Positions 1 to 11,397 are shown, counted from the first letter of the stretch. The stretch: DNA of 64,000 nucleotides from Pseudomonadota bacterium (GCA_043820105.1 JBDREC010000090.1:124001-188000), one strand, 5' to 3'. Program-made: numbers and translations. The notes: generated from the sequence alone by a model not told the origin.

Positions 1-1258
1 CAGGGCCTGATAAGTCAGAAATAAATTTTAAGCACCAACCTTGTTTATAATCTTTTTCCAAGACTAGTTTAACAGGGCTGGTTTCATTTCCAAGGAGCTC
101 TATGTAATGATCAGATCCAAAAATGTCTTTTATTGAAACTCTACCTTCAGAATCTTCAAGGTAATTTGCTATTTTCAAGCCCTTTTGCACTGTAACTTTA
201 ATTTTAACACCAGCTTGAGTTTCAGATCCAAAAATAAAATCCCTTAACATTGGATCAACAGAAATTGCATCACGGTTAACTGCATATAAAAGCAAGAGCC
301 CAAGGTTTTCATAATAATTAGGAGGACGATATCTTGCTGTTACATCATCATAATCTTTAACCAGGTCTCTGATTGATTCTTCAACCTGAATTTGCCTGTA
401 TGAGGCTTTTGTATGTGCGGAACTTGCTTCTATGTCAGTTAAAATATTATCATTTGGATCAGATGTGCCATTTGATATTCCCATTAGTGATTTAAGAAAA
501 TCAACATCTTCATCTGAAATAGTAGGTGGCAACATTTCTCTTGTAAGCACTCCTCCTGGAATTTTGCTGTGGTAATATTTAACAATGTTTTCAGCTGACC
601 AGTTGTAGTTTGAAAACTGATATAAGCCTGGATTAGGAAAAATGAGTTCAACAGAATTAGGGTCAGTAGTTGGTACAAGTGCCATTTTTATCAAATTAAC
701 TGCAAGGTCATATTCTTGTAAACTGTTTACATTAAAGTGTGGATGATGTGTAAATAATGCTTCTAATAGCAAGAATCTAACGATATAATAGTGTGCTTCA
801 CTAGTAATAGAATCAGAAAACATAGAAGAAATAAATTCTAAAGAATTTTCATGCAGCTTTTCATAGGCTAGTTCTAGTCTATCGTAAGCATAAGTGCACA
901 GCTTTTCCTTGTCAAGAATTTCCCAAATATAATCTCTAATAAGAGGCCAGTTTGGTCCATATTCTTCCATAAGTTGAAGTAGAACAGCGATTTTATTATA
1001 GGCACCATAATGTACATGATAGGTTCTCAATTCTCTGGACATAATGTCTTCAATATCAGCTTGAATTGAAGGCATTATTGGAAATCCTTCGTGAGATGAA
1101 ATTCTATCAGGTATTGAAACTGGTATAACAAATTCTTCTGCTGCTTCTGGCTCAGCTTCATCTGGAACCTGACAATATGTTGAGAAAAAAAATAATAGAT
1201 TTATTGAGAATAAGAGTAGGATAATCCTAAGATGTTTTTTTAAATAGACAGTACCCAT
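1..1258 (-). CDS. Partial hypothetical secreted protein (3' end runs off the window)
   Basis: Not in the ORF track. Manual translation from ATG at 1258 (MGTVYLKKHLRIILLLFSINLLFFFSTYCQVPDEAEPE...) stays open to position 1; signal-peptide-like N-terminus; no recognisable domain. Confidence 0.75.
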   Translation of the reverse strand, partial: MGTVYLKKHLRIILLLFSINLLFFFSTYCQVPDEAEPEAAEEFVIPVSIPDRISSHEGFPIMPSIQADIEDIMSRELRTYHVHYGAYNKIAVLLQLMEEYGPNWPLIRDYIWEILDKEKLCTYAYDRLELAYEKLHENSLEFISSMFSDSITSEAHYYIVRFLLLEALFTHHPHFNVNSLQEYDLAVNLIKMALVPTTDPNSVELIFPNPGLYQFSNYNWSAENIVKYYHSKIPGGVLTREMLPPTISDEDVDFLKSLMGISNGTSDPNDNILTDIEASSAHTKASYRQIQVEESIRDLVKDYDDVTARYRPPNYYENLGLLLLYAVNRDAISVDPMLRDFIFGSETQAGVKIKVTVQKGLKIANYLEDSEGRVSIKDIFGSDHYIELLGNETSPVKLVLEKDYKQGWCLKFISDLSGP

Positions 1259-1522
1259 AGTGCGTCACCCAATAATATATCCCTGGTAATTTTATATACA
1301 AAAAATAACACAATATGTCAAGGTTATAAGTGAAATTAATAGTTTCTTAATTTTTTTCTTGCCATGATAAAATATTAATGATACGCACTTTTCATCCTGA
1401 TTGTAAAAAACTAATAAAATTTACTAGTTTTTATAATAATCAATGTGATACTTACGGTTCCTCTTTATTTTTCACACACAGGCTGGATTTTTTTTAACAA
1501 ATTATTTGTAGGATTTTTTAAA

Positions 1523-2995
1523 ATGGAAGGTTTAAATTTAACAAAAGTTATCGAACAAGTTTCTAAAGACAAAGGCATTGATGCACGATTAATAGTTGAA
1601 GCTTTAGAATTAGCTATGCTCACTGCTGCAAAAAAGAAACTTGGTCATGAAAAAGAGATTGAAGCTAAATACAACCCAGATAGGGGTGAAGTTGAGGTCT
1701 TTGAATTTAAAACAGTTGTAAAAGAAGTGCTTCATGAAAATGAAATTTCATTGGAACAAGCAAAAGAGCTGGATCCAGAATCTGAGTATGATGATGTTCT
1801 TGGTGTAAAATTAAATTCAGCAGAGCTTGGTCGAATTTCAGCCCAAACTGCGAAACAAGTTATTATACAAAAAGTTAGGGATGCAGAGCGGGATATCACC
1901 TTCACTGAATATGAGAGTAGAAAAGGTCAGATTGTAACAGGTATTGTGAGAAGATTTGAAAAACGCGATATAGTTGTTGATATTGGAAAGACTGAGGCAG
2001 TTTTACCTGAATGTGAACAAATATCTAAAGAAAGATATAGAGTTTCAGACAGGGTGCAGGCTTTGATTATAGATGTTCAAAGAATCACAAAAGGTCCACA
2101 AATTATTCTTTCAAGGGCTGATAATCAATTTTTAGTTAAACTTTTTGAAGCTGAAGTTCCTGAAATTTATGAAGGTACCATTAAAGTTTATGGTGCTGCA
2201 AGAGAACCTGGTGATAGAGCAAAAATAGCTGTGGCTTCAAAAGATTCGGATGTTGATCCAATTGGAGCGTGTGTGGGTGTAAAAGGTTCAAGAGTGCAAA
2301 ACATTGTGCAAGAACTTAAAGGTGAAAGAATCGATATTGTTCCTTATAGCGCTGATTTTGTAAAATATGTTTGTAATGCCCTTGGCTCAAGTATTGAAGT
2401 TGTCAAAGTTATTTTAGATGAAAAGATAGAGGCAATGGATATAGTTGTTCCTGATGACATGCTTTCTTTAGCTATTGGTAAAAGAGGTCAAAATGTTCGC
2501 TTAGCTTCAATGTTAACAGGCTGGTCAATTGATATTAGAAGTGAAGCTCAAATTAAAGAGCTTGCTGATACTATGAAGGCAGTACTAGTTAAGCTTAATG
2601 CTTTTGATGAAGATATTATTAGCCTCATGATTAAACATGGTGTGGTTAAATTCGCTGACTTTCTCTCAATGGAAAACATAGAACTTTCTAATATATTAGG
2701 TATTAAAGAAGAAAGAGTTGTTTTGATGAAGGAACAAGTTGTTACCTACATTGAAGAAGAAAAAATTAGGCTTGAAAAACTTAAAGAAACTTATTCTGAT
2801 AATTCTACAATTGAAGGAAAAAGTCTTGATGAAATTGAGGCAGAAGAAGTAATGGAGATTAAAGAAGAAGAAGGTAAAGAAGAAGAAAAAATAGAAGAAG
2901 AGAAGGAAGAAGTTGTAGAAGAAGAGAATAAAGATGAAGAAAAAGAGATGGTAGAAAAAGCAGAAAAATCAGATAACAATAAAGAAAATAATTAA
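1523..2995 (+). CDS. nusA: Transcription termination/antitermination factor NusA with acidic C-terminal tail
   Basis: GRISAQTAKQVIIQKVRDAER, AREPGDRAKIAV, DPIGACVGVKGSRV, LSLAIGKRGQNVRLAS. ATG at 1523 preferred over the track start 1445. Confidence 0.97.
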   Translation: MEGLNLTKVIEQVSKDKGIDARLIVEALELAMLTAAKKKLGHEKEIEAKYNPDRGEVEVFEFKTVVKEVLHENEISLEQAKELDPESEYDDVLGVKLNSAELGRISAQTAKQVIIQKVRDAERDITFTEYESRKGQIVTGIVRRFEKRDIVVDIGKTEAVLPECEQISKERYRVSDRVQALIIDVQRITKGPQIILSRADNQFLVKLFEAEVPEIYEGTIKVYGAAREPGDRAKIAVASKDSDVDPIGACVGVKGSRVQNIVQELKGERIDIVPYSADFVKYVCNALGSSIEVVKVILDEKIEAMDIVVPDDMLSLAIGKRGQNVRLASMLTGWSIDIRSEAQIKELADTMKAVLVKLNAFDEDIISLMIKHGVVKFADFLSMENIELSNILGIKEERVVLMKEQVVTYIEEEKIRLEKLKETYSDNSTIEGKSLDEIEAEEVMEIKEEEGKEEEKIEEEKEEVVEEENKDEEKEMVEKAEKSDNNKENN

Positions 2996-3017
2996 TTAAT
3001 TTTGGAGGCTTTAATAG

Positions 3018-5741
3018 ATGGCTAAAGTCCGTATTTATGAATTGGCAAAAAAATATTCAATCAGTAATAAAGATGTAATTTCAGTCATTGCATCATTAGG
3101 AATTGAAGCCAAATCTCATATGAGTGTTATTGATCAAGGTTATGTTTCTAAGGTTGATAAAATTGTAAAGGATAAGCTAAAGGCTGGTGATATTGATGTT
3201 GAAAAGATCAAAGCCAAACCTGTAAGAAAACCTAGAAAGAAAAAAGCTAAAGAAGAAGTAATAGAAAAAGTAGACGATCTTAATTTAGGAGCTGAAGTAA
3301 AAGATGTAAGTATTATTGATGATAGCCATAAGCTTACAGAACAAAGAATTAGAACAAATGTTATTAGACGAAGAGTTAGAAAATTTGAGAAAGAAGAATT
3401 GAACGTGGAAGAAATTGTTAGAAAAGCTGAAGATTTGACTCCTGATAAGCTGTTTTCAAAACTAGACAATGTAAAATCTCATGGCGAAAAAGATATGGAA
3501 AGAGCTGTCAAACAAGAAACAAGCGCTGCAGAAGAACATGTTGGAACATATTTTGATCGTTCAAAATATGGTGTAGTTAAAGAAGCTGAACCTAAAGTTG
3601 TGCCTGAATTGAAAATTATGCCTGATGAAGCCCTTTCTGCTGAAGATGAAAAAGCAGGTAAAGAAGCCAAAAAGGTTAAGAAAATCAAACTTGGAGAAAT
3701 ATCTAAACCAAGCGATCCTTCAGTTTCAGTTAAAGTTGAATATGCAAAAGACAAGAAAAAAGGTAAAGATGAATACAAAACAAGATCTTTACGATTTATA
3801 GATAAAGAAGAGCTTGCTCGAAAGAATAAGAAAACTGGCCTAAAAGGACCAGAACAAGCATTTTCTAAATTCGGTAGGAAAAAGAAGAAACAAAAAACAT
3901 CTGATTCTCAAAAAACACAAATCACCACACCAAAAGCAATAAAAAGAAAAATCAAAATGGCTGACACCATTATTGTTGGTGAACTTGCCAAGAGAATGGG
4001 TATTAAGGCAAATGATCTCATTAAAAAATTATTCTCAATGGGACTAATGGTTACAATCAACCAAGCAATTGACCTTGATACAGCGATTTTGATTGCATCT
4101 GAATATAGTTTTGAAATTGAAAATGTTGCATTTGAAGAAGCTGGATTATTGGAAGATGTTGTTGATAAGGCAGTTGATCTTAGTGAAAGACCTCCGGTTG
4201 TTACAGTTATGGGTCACGTTGATCATGGTAAAACAAAGCTTTTAGATGCTATTCGAGATGCAAACGTAATTGATACAGAGGCTGGAGGCATTACTCAGCA
4301 CATTGGTGCTTATAATGTAATGGTTGGTAATAAGTCAGTTACATTTATTGATACTCCTGGTCACGAAGCATTTACTTCCATGAGAGCAAGAGGTGCAAAT
4401 ATTACAGATATCGTTGTTCTCGTTGTAGCAGCTGATGATGGTGTTATGCCACAAACTGTTGAAGCAATCAGGCATGCAAAAGCAGCTGGTGTTCAAATTA
4501 TAGTTGCTATTAATAAAATGGATCTTCCTAGCGCTGATGCAAATAAAGTAAAACAAACCCTAACTGAGTATGAACTTGTTTGTGAAGAATGGGGTGGAGA
4601 TACTATTTTTGTTGAAGTTTCTGCTAAACAAAAAGAGGGAATTGACACTCTGCTAGAAATGATACTATTGAAAGCTGAAATGTTAGAACTTAAAGCAAAT
4701 CCTGATAAGAATTGTGTTGGTGTTGTTGTTGAAGCAAAAATGGAAAAAGGACGAGGACCTGTTGCAACAGTCCTTGTAAGACAAGGAACTCTGAATATTG
4801 GTGATTATATTGTTGCAGGTACTCATAGTGGAAGAGTTAGAGCAATGACAAATCATAGAAGAGAAACCTTAGAAACCGCGCCTCCTTCAACTCCGGTTGA
4901 GGTAATCGGTTTTTCATCTGTGCCAATAGCTGGTGAAGTTGTTAATACTTCGAAAGATGAAAAAATTATTAAACAAATTTCTGATTACAGAACACAAAAA
5001 GCAAGAGAAGCAGAGCTTGCATCAACAGGTAAGATTACTTTAGAAGAACTTTATACCCAGATTAAAGAAGGTGAAGTTCAGGATATTAATGTTATTGTTA
5101 AAGCTGATACAAATGGTTCTGTTGAGGCTATAACAGATTCCTTTGCAAAACTATCAAACAAAGAAGTGAAAATTAATGTTCTGCATGGAGCTGTTGGTGG
5201 CATCCTGGAAACAGATGTTATGTTAGCTGCAGCTTCAAATGCTATCATTGTTGGTTTTAGTGTTAGACCTGATGCCAAAGCCTCAGAAGTTGCTAATAAA
5301 GAAAAAGTAGATATTAAAATTTACAACATTATCTACGATGCGATCGATGCTATGAAAGCTGCCATTGAAGGTGTCTTGTCACCGGAGCTTATTGAAAGCA
5401 TTATTGGTAAAGTGGAAGTTAGAGAAACCTTTACTGTGCCTAAGCTTGGTACTATTGCAGGATCCTATGTTGTTGAAGGTAAAATCAATAGAAATTCAAG
5501 TATTAGAATATTAAGGGATAATATAGTTATCTACGATGGCAAGATTAAATCATTGAGACGATTTAAGGACGACGCAAAGGAAGTAGCTCAGGGATATGAA
5601 TGCGGTGTTGGAGTTGAAAACTATAATGATCTTAAAGTTGGCGATTATTTTGAAGTTTATGAAGTGCAGGAAAAGAAAAGAAAGTTTGAGTCTGCTAAAA
5701 AGGTAGAGGAACCAAAAAGTGAAAAAGAAGCTGAATCTTAA
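3018..5741 (+). CDS. infB: Translation initiation factor IF-2
   Basis: [38 protein letters not shown]; follows nusA. Confidence 0.99.
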   Translation: MAKVRIYELAKKYSISNKDVISVIASLGIEAKSHMSVIDQGYVSKVDKIVKDKLKAGDIDVEKIKAKPVRKPRKKKAKEEVIEKVDDLNLGAEVKDVSIIDDSHKLTEQRIRTNVIRRRVRKFEKEELNVEEIVRKAEDLTPDKLFSKLDNVKSHGEKDMERAVKQETSAAEEHVGTYFDRSKYGVVKEAEPKVVPELKIMPDEALSAEDEKAGKEAKKVKKIKLGEISKPSDPSVSVKVEYAKDKKKGKDEYKTRSLRFIDKEELARKNKKTGLKGPEQAFSKFGRKKKKQKTSDSQKTQITTPKAIKRKIKMADTIIVGELAKRMGIKANDLIKKLFSMGLMVTINQAIDLDTAILIASEYSFEIENVAFEEAGLLEDVVDKAVDLSERPPVVTVMGHVDHGKTKLLDAIRDANVIDTEAGGITQHIGAYNVMVGNKSVTFIDTPGHEAFTSMRARGANITDIVVLVVAADDGVMPQTVEAIRHAKAAGVQIIVAINKMDLPSADANKVKQTLTEYELVCEEWGGDTIFVEVSAKQKEGIDTLLEMILLKAEMLELKANPDKNCVGVVVEAKMEKGRGPVATVLVRQGTLNIGDYIVAGTHSGRVRAMTNHRRETLETAPPSTPVEVIGFSSVPIAGEVVNTSKDEKIIKQISDYRTQKAREAELASTGKITLEELYTQIKEGEVQDINVIVKADTNGSVEAITDSFAKLSNKEVKINVLHGAVGGILETDVMLAAASNAIIVGFSVRPDAKASEVANKEKVDIKIYNIIYDAIDAMKAAIEGVLSPELIESIIGKVEVRETFTVPKLGTIAGSYVVEGKINRNSSIRILRDNIVIYDGKIKSLRRFKDDAKEVAQGYECGVGVENYNDLKVGDYFEVYEVQEKKRKFESAKKVEEPKSEKEAES

Positions 5742-5864
5742 TAGTTGTTGGGGTTTTTGGGTTGAGAGTAGTGTTGTGAGAGGGAAAATAAAAATAATCA
5801 ATAATTAATAATTAATAAATAATAATTAATTGTTTAGTTAGGTTTTGTTTGGAGAAAATGGGTA

Positions 5865-6203
5865 ATGAAGCTAAGACCGAGAAGAGTTGCTGATCAAATT
5901 AAGCGGTTTTTATCACAATGCCTTTTAACTAAATGTTCGGATCCCAGGGTATCTACTGTTTGGATTACAGATGTAGTCTTATCAGCTGATTTGAAAAACG
6001 CTAAAATATATTATAATTTAATTGATAAAGATCTTGATGTTGGGAAAGCACAACTTGGCCTTAATTCAGTTACTTCTTTTTTAAGAAGAGGTCTTAGCAA
6101 GGACTTAAAATTAAAGTTTACTCCCACCATTTCCTGGTATTATGATGAATCAATAGACTCAAGTCAGAGGATAGATGACTTATTAGATAAATTAAATAAT
6201 TAG
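5865..6203 (+). CDS. rbfA: Ribosome-binding factor A
   Basis: RPRRVADQIKR...DPRV...DLKNAKIY...LKFTPTI..YYDES; after infB. Confidence 0.93.
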   Translation: MKLRPRRVADQIKRFLSQCLLTKCSDPRVSTVWITDVVLSADLKNAKIYYNLIDKDLDVGKAQLGLNSVTSFLRRGLSKDLKLKFTPTISWYYDESIDSSQRIDDLLDKLNN

Positions 6204-6211
6204 GATCTAAA

Positions 6212-7174
6212 ATGATTAGTGATGTAATTTCTTTTATTAATAAGTATTCAAGTTTTTTCGTTTCTGCTCATCAAGGACCAGAAGGTGATAGTATATCATC
6301 AACTCTTGCAATGGGTTATTTTTTAAAGTCCATTGGAAAAAAAGTTTACATGTATTGTCCCGACGAAATGCCAGACAATTTTGCATTTTTACATGGCTTT
6401 GAAGAAATCAAAAGAAACATTGAAGCAGATGATGATTTTGCAGCTGCTATAATTGTTGATTGTGGTGATTTTTATAGAATTGGTGATTTAGCTGAAGATT
6501 TAAAAAAGAAAAATGTTCCAATCTGTAATATTGATCATCATAAAACAAATCCCAATTTTGGTAATGTAAATTATGTTAATGCAAAAGCAAGCTCAGCTGG
6601 AGAAATGGTTTATGATATTGCCTTAGAATATGGTTTTAAAATGGACCTTAATTTTGCTCAAATGGCTTATGTAGCAATTGTCAGTGATACTGGAGCATTT
6701 AAATATTCAAATACAAGCAAAAAATGTTTGCATATTTCTGGAGACTTAATTGGGCTTGGTGTTTCTCCTTGGGAAATTACCATGCATCTATTTGAAAATG
6801 AACCTTGGAATAGAATTAAGTTACTAAAAGAAGTATTAAATACAATTGAAATCAGTAAATCAGGAAAATACGCTTCTATTACAATTACAAAAGAAATATT
6901 TGCAAAAACAGGAACAAGCCCTGTTGATACAGATAGATTAATAAACTTTGCCAGATCAATAAGAGGAACAGAAATTGCTTGCCAATTTCGTGAAACAAAG
7001 GAAGGATTTACAAAAGTAAGCTTCAGATCACGAGGAAAAGTAGATGTCTCTGAAATATGCATGTCCTTTGGTGGCGGTGGGCATAAGAATGCTGCTGGCT
7101 GCACGATTCAGTTGCCAATTGATGAAGCAAAGAAAACTGTTTTTGAGAAACTTGATGAATTATTGAGCTTGTAG
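6212..7174 (+). CDS. nrnA: DHH/DHHA1 family oligoribonuclease / pAp phosphatase (NrnA-like)
   Basis: HxxPEGD, IVDC, NIDHH, SDTGAF, SFRSRG, GGGGHKNAAG. Confidence 0.9.
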   Translation: MISDVISFINKYSSFFVSAHQGPEGDSISSTLAMGYFLKSIGKKVYMYCPDEMPDNFAFLHGFEEIKRNIEADDDFAAAIIVDCGDFYRIGDLAEDLKKKNVPICNIDHHKTNPNFGNVNYVNAKASSAGEMVYDIALEYGFKMDLNFAQMAYVAIVSDTGAFKYSNTSKKCLHISGDLIGLGVSPWEITMHLFENEPWNRIKLLKEVLNTIEISKSGKYASITITKEIFAKTGTSPVDTDRLINFARSIRGTEIACQFRETKEGFTKVSFRSRGKVDVSEICMSFGGGGHKNAAGCTIQLPIDEAKKTVFEKLDELLSL

Positions 7175-7245
7175 CTGGTAGCTGGTAGCTTGTAGTAGTT
7201 TCTACAAAATACCACCTACAAGCTACCAGCTACCAGCTACAAGCT
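7166..7245. repeat. Perfect 30-bp inverted repeat built from 7-bp units, 20-nt loop
   Basis: AGCTTGTAGCTGGTAGCTGGTAGCTTGTAG (7166-7195) is the exact reverse complement of 7216-7245. Confidence 0.9.
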
Positions 7246-7250
7246 AAATT

Positions 7251-8144
7251 ATGACATTCAATCGAATACTAATAATCAACAAACCAACAGGAATCACCTC
7301 GTTCAAAGTGACTTCATTTATTAAGAAAAAGCTAAATATCAAAAAAGTCGGGCATATTGGAACCCTGGATCCATTAGCTAGTGGAGTTTTACCGATAGCA
7401 GTAGCTGAAGGAACCAAGATAATTCCTTTCCTGGAAGATGGTTTTAAAGTATATAGAGCAAGCTTAAAGTTTGGCTATGTATCTGATACATATGATTCTG
7501 ATGGGAATGTAGAGGAATATAAAAAAAATTTTAAAATATCTAGAGATAATATTCTTGAAAAGCTAGAAGATTTTGAAGGAGAAATACAACAAGTGCCACC
7601 AAAGTTTTCAGCGATTAAAATCAATGGGAAGAGGGCATATGATCTTGCGCGACAGGGTAAAGAGTTTGAGATTAAGAAAAGAAAAGTTACAATTCATGAA
7701 ATAAAGCTTGAAAACTATGAGAATGTAGAAGCAACTATTTATATAAAATGTTCAAAAGGAACATATATAAGATCAATAGCTAATGACCTGGGGCAAAAGC
7801 TTGGCTGTGGAGCGATTTTGTCGGGGCTTGTGAGGTTAGAGGCTTATCCATTTAAGATTGAAGACTCAATTGATTTTAATGAGTTTGAAGACATGGGGAT
7901 TGAAGAATTAAGATTAAGAGCAATGAGATTGTCAAAATGTTTAGCAGAGTATAGAAGTATAGAGATTAGTGAAAAAGAAAAAGAAGAGGTTTATAGATCT
8001 GGAAGACTAAATATAAGAGTTAAGATTGAAGATGAAAGACAAAAGATTAAGATAATAGATGAAGATGAAAATTTGATTGCTATAGCAAGGCAACTGGATT
8101 CAGGTTATTTGCAAATGTTAAGGGTTTTTAATGGGGAGAATTAG
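7251..8144 (+). CDS. truB: tRNA pseudouridine(55) synthase
   Basis: KVGHIGTLDPLASGVL, QVPPKFSAIKING, CSKGTYIRS. Confidence 0.97.
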   Translation: MTFNRILIINKPTGITSFKVTSFIKKKLNIKKVGHIGTLDPLASGVLPIAVAEGTKIIPFLEDGFKVYRASLKFGYVSDTYDSDGNVEEYKKNFKISRDNILEKLEDFEGEIQQVPPKFSAIKINGKRAYDLARQGKEFEIKKRKVTIHEIKLENYENVEATIYIKCSKGTYIRSIANDLGQKLGCGAILSGLVRLEAYPFKIEDSIDFNEFEDMGIEELRLRAMRLSKCLAEYRSIEISEKEKEEVYRSGRLNIRVKIEDERQKIKIIDEDENLIAIARQLDSGYLQMLRVFNGEN

Positions 8145-8169
8145 GTCAAAGAAAAAAATTATTTTTGAT

Positions 8170-9534
8170 TTAAATAGGTTGAATGTCGTATCTTTCACCA
8201 AGTAAAAAGTCCGTATGCCAAACACGAGAATTATTAAAACTGATTGGGGTTTTTCCGCCCATGAATTCGTTTGTTCCTGTTGCTATGTGGAGTCTTAGTT
8301 TTTCATCAAGTAAAACATTGCCTGTTGTTGATTCCAGGCCTGTCAGGTGTTTCTCGATTACTGGGTTAACTGGGCATACGCCTAATTCAGCAATGATGCC
8401 TCTTGCTTGGAAGGCTTTTTGTTGATCGCCTGTGTAATTGTTATTCGATAAACCAATAAGTTCCATGAGTACATCATTTCCAGATTCAGCTTTTGTAATT
8501 GCGATTCTTTCTCTGCCTTTTGAGTCAATGAACTTTGTTTTTTTAACTGCTTTGCCATCTTTAAAGGCTATTTTATAATTATTGATTGTTCCATATGGTG
8601 TAATTAATGGAATCTTGCTAATAATAACACCATTAGCACTAGTTTCAACAGGGGCTGTACATAGTTCACCTGAATAATGATTTGTTGTCCAAATCTCAAA
8701 AGGTAAGGTGTTATCAAGGGACATGTTTCCAGCTCTACCTGTTTCTGCTAGAAGTGGACGTTTATTTAAACTTAAAGTTAGATTGGTACCAAATTCATCA
8801 GTTATTCTTAAACTTTTGCCTTCTATAGAGCTTGATAATAGATGTTCATAAAATTTTAAACCTCTTATTTTGTCAATTATCATGTCTGGGTGAATTGACA
8901 TAGCCTCGTAATAGACCTTCTTAAAAAATTCAAAATCAATTCCTAGCTTCTGTGCTTCTCGTATCGTTGGGAAAGAAAAAATTGATCTTGATAAGAGATC
9001 TCTTGAGTTAACTTTATTACCATAGAATATAGCTGTTTCATTGTAAATGTTATCATATTTTAATAAGAGTTTGTGTTCATCTGGTGATGGATTATAATAT
9101 CTTGGAGAAAGAATTTTTATATATGTTCCCTTTTTCTTTCCACTTACAAGCCATTTGGCTGTTTCCATCATTGAATTCGCTAAGGCTTTCTGATCTTCAC
9201 TTGTTTTTAAAAGTTTCATTAAGAGTGAGCAGTTTTTAGTACCTTGTCTTAAATCAAGAATTAACTTGGATTCAATTCCAAGGGTCTTTAAATACTCGGA
9301 AAAGGTGATTGCCATTTCAACAGTATCACAACCTGTGTAAATAACGGTTCTATCACTTTTATCATAAGTTCCAACTGCTGAAATAGCTGATTTTATGGCA
9401 TCATAAATCTTAAGACTGTATTTTGCATGACTTGCGTCAATATGGATTTCAGAAATGTTTTTATTCGTCAATTCTTCTTTTACATTTTCAAACCAAGTTC
9501 CATTATCGATTTCTTTTTTGTTTAAAATAATCAC
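8170..9534 (-). CDS. Aminopeptidase, M29 (aminopeptidase T/II)-like, divergent
   Basis: C-terminal motifs SGELCTAP, IAELG, LLDEKLRLHIATG, HTDF match the M29 metal-ligand pattern; GTG start. Confidence 0.7.
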   Translation of the reverse strand: MIILNKKEIDNGTWFENVKEELTNKNISEIHIDASHAKYSLKIYDAIKSAISAVGTYDKSDRTVIYTGCDTVEMAITFSEYLKTLGIESKLILDLRQGTKNCSLLMKLLKTSEDQKALANSMMETAKWLVSGKKKGTYIKILSPRYYNPSPDEHKLLLKYDNIYNETAIFYGNKVNSRDLLSRSIFSFPTIREAQKLGIDFEFFKKVYYEAMSIHPDMIIDKIRGLKFYEHLLSSSIEGKSLRITDEFGTNLTLSLNKRPLLAETGRAGNMSLDNTLPFEIWTTNHYSGELCTAPVETSANGVIISKIPLITPYGTINNYKIAFKDGKAVKKTKFIDSKGRERIAITKAESGNDVLMELIGLSNNNYTGDQQKAFQARGIIAELGVCPVNPVIEKHLTGLESTTGNVLLDEKLRLHIATGTNEFMGGKTPISFNNSRVWHTDFLLGERYDIQPI

Positions 9535-9552
9535 AGTTTCTCCTGATTAATT

Positions 9553-10776
9553 TTATTTAAACATTCTATCTAAAGTTATTGAAACAGCTGATCTTATAGA
9601 AAGATGGTTATAGTTACATGTTCCCTTGATAGGCTCAATTTTATAATCACTTTTTTCCAAAATTGAATCTTCAAGTCCCCAGCCTGTTCCGAATAATAAT
9701 AAACAGGGATTTTCAAAAATTTGCTTTTCAATTTTTTTAAAGGAAACATCCTTTTTATCTTCAATTGCACTAGTTGCAAGAATTAGAGGTTTATTATCAC
9801 ATGTTTTTTCAATGTCTTTAATGGCTTCATTTAAATTATGTTTTATATGAATTAATTCAACTGCATCTTTTCTGTCTGGATTGTAAGAAGCACCAAATCC
9901 TTGTTTCCAGTGATTAAGAAGATCATTTGCAAAATCACGCTGGCTTTTGTTTGGATGAATAAAAAAGACTTTTTTAGCTCCATAGGTTCTTGCAGCACGC
10001 GCTATATCATGAATGTCTAAGTTTGTTATGGAAGTAGCACAGGTCTTTCCATCCTTGCCCTTTATTGGATAATGGATTATGGCCAAATACAAATTTTGAT
10101 GGAAAATTTTTATTAAATCCGGCCTTTTTTCAGAAGTTTTTTCAAGGGCTTTTTTATTTCTCCACTTTTCAATCTCTTTATGATTTCCACTTAATAGCTC
10201 ATCAGGAACCTTTATATCTTCAAATTCTCTGGGCCTTGTGTATTGAGGGTACTCAAGAAGGTTTTTTGAAAATGATTCGTCTATAATTGAGTTTTCATTT
10301 CCTATTACATTTGGGACAAATCTTGAGATTGAATCAATGAGTAGCATTGTTGGGATTTCACCACCTGTTAAAATGTAATCACCAACAGACAATTCATAAT
10401 CAACATATTTATCAATAATTCTTTGATCTATTCCTTCATAATGGCCACAAATAAAAGTGATGTTATTTTTTTGGGCTAGCATCTTTGCGCATTTGTGGTC
10501 AAATTTCTTACCTCCAGCTGAAGCATAGACTACGGTTGTTTCTGATTTATCTTTTATATGATTTATCGCCAATGCAAGAGGTTCAGGTTTCATCAGCATT
10601 CCAGGACCACCTCCAAAGGGTGTATCATCTGCTGTTTTGTGTTTATCTTTGCAGAAATCTCTTAAGGCAATAGTATTTATTTTTATTATATTATTTGAAA
10701 TGGCCTTTCCAATAATACTTGAATCAAAAACTGACTCAAACATTTCTGGAAATAAGGTGATAATGTTGTATTTCAT
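9553..10776 (-). CDS. trmD: tRNA (guanine37-N1)-methyltransferase TrmD fused to a second SPOUT-type RNA methyltransferase domain
   Basis: N-half DDTPFGGGPGM, ICGHYEGID, SVGDYILTGGE, EYPQYTRP; C-half LYLAIIHYP, TNLDIHDIARAARTYG, LFGTGWGL, YNHLSIRSA. Confidence 0.95.
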   Translation of the reverse strand: MKYNIITLFPEMFESVFDSSIIGKAISNNIIKINTIALRDFCKDKHKTADDTPFGGGPGMLMKPEPLALAINHIKDKSETTVVYASAGGKKFDHKCAKMLAQKNNITFICGHYEGIDQRIIDKYVDYELSVGDYILTGGEIPTMLLIDSISRFVPNVIGNENSIIDESFSKNLLEYPQYTRPREFEDIKVPDELLSGNHKEIEKWRNKKALEKTSEKRPDLIKIFHQNLYLAIIHYPIKGKDGKTCATSITNLDIHDIARAARTYGAKKVFFIHPNKSQRDFANDLLNHWKQGFGASYNPDRKDAVELIHIKHNLNEAIKDIEKTCDNKPLILATSAIEDKKDVSFKKIEKQIFENPCLLLFGTGWGLEDSILEKSDYKIEPIKGTCNYNHLSIRSAVSITLDRMFK

Positions 10777-10783
10777 TTTTTAA

Positions 10784-10853
10784 TCGTACAGCGTACAGCG
10801 TACGGCGTACAGCGTATGGCGATAAAATTGTTATCGCTGTATGTTATACGCTA
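10784..10853. repeat. Heptamer tandem repeat (CAGCGTA)n with imperfect inverted copy
   Basis: cgtacagcgtacagcgtacggcgtacagcgtatggcg...cgctgtatgttatacgcta between rimM and trmD. Confidence 0.75.
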
Positions 10854-10857
10854 GACA

Positions 10858-11376
10858 CTAAGCGCAGTCTAGTATTGAATCTGCTTTTACTATGATGAAT
10901 TTATCATTTAAATTTATTTTAATAATATTTATCTTTTTAAATAGAAGAAATTTGCTTTGCTTTGATGAGTCTTTTATCTCAAAGATATCAACTTCTTTGC
11001 CGGAAGTTATTTCAGTAATTATTCCAATTTTCTTTTTATTTTCATCTTTAACAAGGCAGCCAATAAGGTCTCGAATATAATATTCATCCTCTTCACAACC
11101 TGAAAGATTTTCTCGTTTTATAAAAACTTCTTTATTTCTAAAAAGTTCAGCCTGATCAATGTCTTCACAACCCTTGAGTTTTAATAAAGGATTTTTTGAG
11201 ATGCTTTTTATTGCTTCAATATAATAATCTTTGAAAGAATTATCTGACTCTTTAAGCCAAATTTGATTATTAGAAGTTTTTAAAGAATCTGAATTGCGAT
11301 TATAAAGGACAAGTTTAATAAAACCTTTTAAGCCATGTGGTTTTACAAATTTGCCGATACAGAAAAGATCATTCAT
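10858..11376 (-). CDS. rimM: Ribosome maturation factor RimM
   Basis: IGKFVKPHGLKG, DEYYIRDLIGC; conserved rpsP-khpA-rimM-trmD order. Confidence 0.93.
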   Translation of the reverse strand: MNDLFCIGKFVKPHGLKGFIKLVLYNRNSDSLKTSNNQIWLKESDNSFKDYYIEAIKSISKNPLLKLKGCEDIDQAELFRNKEVFIKRENLSGCEEDEYYIRDLIGCLVKDENKKKIGIITEITSGKEVDIFEIKDSSKQSKFLLFKKINIIKINLNDKFIIVKADSILDCA

Positions 11377-11397
11377 GTATTTTTAGGTAAAATAAAA

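Noticed and set aside
484-678. 64-aa ORF in the track
   Set aside because: Out-of-frame shadow inside the longer minus-strand ORF 1-1258.
2791-5801. Short antisense ORFs over nusA/infB, and similar ones over other long genes
   Set aside because: Antisense or alternate-frame shadows of well-supported genes with no motifs or RBS.
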